A stretch of DNA of 64,000 nucleotides from Nemertoderma westbladi (taxonomy: Eukaryota; Animalia; Xenacoelomorpha), in contig JAUCBJ010000306.1 of NCBI GenBank assembly GCA_032718475.1, positions 1-64,000 of the forward strand, read 5' to 3'. Position 1 is the first letter of the stretch. Each line of letters opens with the position of its first letter. Both the position numbers and the translations under genes were made by a program. This document shows, one piece after another, positions 61,401 through 64,000 of the stretch. The notes beneath the pieces are model-generated. The model was not told the DNA's origin, made no database searches, and saw only the letters and a program-made list of their open reading frames with translations.

Positions 61401-64000
61401 GGTTTTTTGAATCGCTCAAGTTAGAGAGAGAGTTAGAGAGAGTCGCAACCCGAAGATGTAGCCACGCGCTGGTGGATACATATAATATTTGAAATTAAAA
61501 TTACGTTGATTAGAGCTATATATAAAATTAGAAATATTCGGGTGGCAAGTATATTTTGAATATTTTGTATTAGATTCAAAGTTATTTTGTGCTATACCGG
61601 TATTTAATACTATATAGTAGCTATATAATAATATTTTGTTTAAATATTGTGCTAGTATTTGCTATAACTATATACCCCATTAAATTCACAATATTGCATT
61701 GCGAATTTATTTGACATTTGGACCAACTGATTATTAGACAAATAATTTGACCGTATTTTGGTTAAATTATAATTATATCTCGAACTTTGCGAGATATTTT
61801 TGCCGGAAGGCAAACATTATTTAGACTATGAGTGTCTCAGACAAAGAGGCACTAGAGGACAGCTATGAGACGGCGGCTGGACCGCCGACTGACGATAGCG
61901 TAAATATTACTGTTGACGACAATGCCGACTATGACAACGCAGCGAGTGACGCTGACGTAAGTGAACAGGAGGACGAGACAGTGACTAGTGAGGAAGAACA
62001 ACCACCAGAGATAATAGTATTAGGATCCCCTACCACTACTGTAAGGAAGGACCGCACAGCAGCCCGGACAGAGGTGAGTGATAGGGAGGGTAGTGTAGCA
62101 GAAGCGAGAGCCCGGAGCCCGGTTTCCAGACCTGTGGGTATGGTAAGTGCCGTGGTGCCGACGGCTGTAAGGAGTACCCGTAGTTCCCGAAATAATCCTT
62201 CAAGTCCACCGAGTGTGAGTCAGGTAAGTGAGAGAGAACTAGACATTGCGATAAAGAAGAAACTTCGCGCGCATGCCGGACATATAACTCGGATGACGGA
62301 CAAGGTAAGGAAGATGTTAGCTGACTCAGCGAACATCGGAAGGGTAGAGTTAGTAGAGATTAGAAGAGGATATAACTCAGCGTTATTCAAGCAGACGGAG
62401 GAGCTTGCAGTCCTAGCGAAGAAGGCAGTAGAGTCTCAGTCGAGCGACGTGGCGACGAGGATTTACGACAGGGTTTTAGCAGCCTTGTTGGAGCACCGCG
62501 AGTTATCGGAGCGATTCCGACGAGTTAGGACGGAGAACTGGCTGCTATGGGCATCACAAACGCAGGCGACTCAGGTGAGTGACGCAGAGTTGAGAGACTT
62601 AGTGGAGCGAGAAGAGATCCAAGATAAAGAGGAGCGCCGTTATCAGAGGGAAGTTACTAGCTGGCTGATGCAGAATGGAGTGGTGGTACCGGGCCAGGTG
62701 CTACCGACGACGGAGAACATTCAACAGAGGACGTTGACTCCACCCGACGACGCATCCAGAGACAGTGGCGATTCCCAGGTTAGTCACGCGCGAGGGAAGG
62801 TTATATGTGCTAGATCCCTTGTTTCTCACAACTCGGCGGAGGAGAGAAGACGCCGACTGGACGAACAACAGCCGGAAGTTTTGCGTGCATCGGAAGCACG
62901 GAAGGAAGCCGAGCGGGAATGGGAGCGCACACGTAAGTTAGACGCAAAGTTGCGAGAGTTGGAAGAGAAAGGTAAGCGCGAGCAAGCGGAACGCGAACGC
63001 AAGGAACGCGAACTCCAGCTCGAACGCGAACGGAAGGAACGCGAACAAAAGGAATACGAACTTCAACTCGAACACGAGCGCAAAGAACGCGAACTTGAGA
63101 TCGAGAAGGAGCGACGGGCGTTGTATGAAGAGAAGGCGCGAGTTGAAGAAGAGAGCGCAGCGAGACGAGCGAGGGAAGAAGAAGAACGTAAACTGGCGCA
63201 GTTGGAAAGTGCGAGATTAAGTTTAGAGAGCGAAGAACGGACTAGGAAGGCGAATGAAATCGCCGAGAAGGGGATGCAAATGATCGAAGAATGTGGGGCG
63301 AGTGTAGGGACAGAGTTGCGAGAACTGTTCGCACTGCAGAAGGCCGAACAGGAAGCGAGAACTCCGACCATACGCGAGTCGACGACGACTAGAATTCCTA
63401 TACCCGGTCCAGCTATTACGAGTACACGGATCGCTAAACCGTTCTCTACATATCGCACGCCAGTTGGTATTAGTGCTTCACCCATCGCCCAGGATCTACG
63501 TCATCGGAACACCGCACCACTATACACCGAACGAGCGAACGGAGAATTTAGAGAAGAAACTCCGATGGGCCGAGTATTGGGCGAACCGAACCCGCGGGTT
63601 TGGAATACGCGGACGGAGCGCCGACCCAGTTCGACGGAGAACTTCCGGGTTAAACCGGAAGAGGGATCATATGAGAGACAGCGGATTACTCAGATAGAGC
63701 CGACTATACAACAGAACAGGAGCCAGGAATTTATTACGAGGGATGAGTTAAGTGCTAGTTTAGCGCAAGCTATATCGCCGCACATCCAACCTATAACGGA
63801 CATGCTTAGCAACCTACGGTTAAAGGAAGCAGCCCAGGTAAGAAGTAATTCTAATCCTAGCAGGCCTGAGTTAGACAAAGTCCAGCCTAGTCAACGAGTA
63901 CGCATATCGGAGGAGACTATACCACATAGACCTCAGGTAAGGACGCCTGTCCCGAATATCCATAATCCCAATTTCGAAAATTCGGCTGAGAAATTTATTC
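58470..64000 (+). mobile_element. 5' part of a second BEL/Pao-like LTR retrotransposon inserted in the satellite (LTR end not resolved)
   Basis: The array stops mid-unit at TGTTACGG. TATAAAA lies at ~58985, followed by a long gag-like ORF downstream. Confidence 0.7.
61828..64000 (+). CDS. BEL/Pao-like Gag N-terminal region (open to window end; missing from the ORF track)
   Basis: ATG at 61828: MSVSDKEALEDSYE...KKKLRAHAGHITRMTDKV..., then a long E/R/K coiled coil. No stop found in ~724 codons by manual translation. Confidence 0.75.
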   Translation, partial: MSVSDKEALEDSYETAAGPPTDDSVNITVDDNADYDNAASDADVSEQEDETVTSEEEQPPEIIVLGSPTTTVRKDRTAARTEVSDREGSVAEARARSPVSRPVGMVSAVVPTAVRSTRSSRNNPSSPPSVSQVSERELDIAIKKKLRAHAGHITRMTDKVRKMLADSANIGRVELVEIRRGYNSALFKQTEELAVLAKKAVESQSSDVATRIYDRVLAALLEHRELSERFRRVRTENWLLWASQTQATQVSDAELRDLVEREEIQDKEERRYQREVTSWLMQNGVVVPGQVLPTTENIQQRTLTPPDDASRDSGDSQVSHARGKVICARSLVSHNSAEERRRRLDEQQPEVLRASEARKEAEREWERTRKLDAKLRELEEKGKREQAERERKERELQLERERKEREQKEYELQLEHERKERELEIEKERRALYEEKARVEEESAARRAREEEERKLAQLESARLSLESEERTRKANEIAEKGMQMIEECGASVGTELRELFALQKAEQEARTPTIRESTTTRIPIPGPAITSTRIAKPFSTYRTPVGISASPIAQDLRHRNTAPLYTERANGEFREETPMGRVLGEPNPRVWNTRTERRPSSTENFRVKPEEGSYERQRITQIEPTIQQNRSQEFITRDELSASLAQAISPHIQPITDMLSNLRLKEAAQVRSNSNPSRPELDKVQPSQRVRISEETIPHRPQVRTPVPNIHNPNFENSAEKFI

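Overview
Repeat-rich animal (invertebrate-like) genomic DNA, not prokaryotic. Three host genes lie on the minus strand. (1) A frameshifted type-II membrane, Thr-rich stalk, fibrinogen-related-domain (FReD) gene at 2281-3479. (2) A DLK/LZK-family MAP3K12/13 kinase with exons 14026-15272, 9077-9476 and 8470-8697. (3) The last four exons of an EF-hand-like protein at 47890-50047. Five tandem arrays (84, 46, 57, 27 and 39/40 bp monomers) cover over half of the window. There are also several LINE fragments, MITEs and SINE-like elements, a complete 6.7-kb non-autonomous BEL/Pao-type LTR element with apparently identical LTRs and a 5-bp TSD, and the 5' part of a second BEL/Pao-like element. The main pattern is that most satellites appear to be amplified copies of local sequence. 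The 39/40-bp array is about 210 copies of the EF-hand gene's own exon end plus GTAAGT splice donor. The 84-bp array is FReD coding sequence, the 46-bp array is the tip of an adjacent foldback arm, and the 27-bp array may have grown inside a LINE RT gene. The complete LTR element lacks a tRNA-type PBS but has a PBS-complementary hairpin loop in its LTR, suggesting possible self-priming. All calls come from manual reading; no database searches were run.
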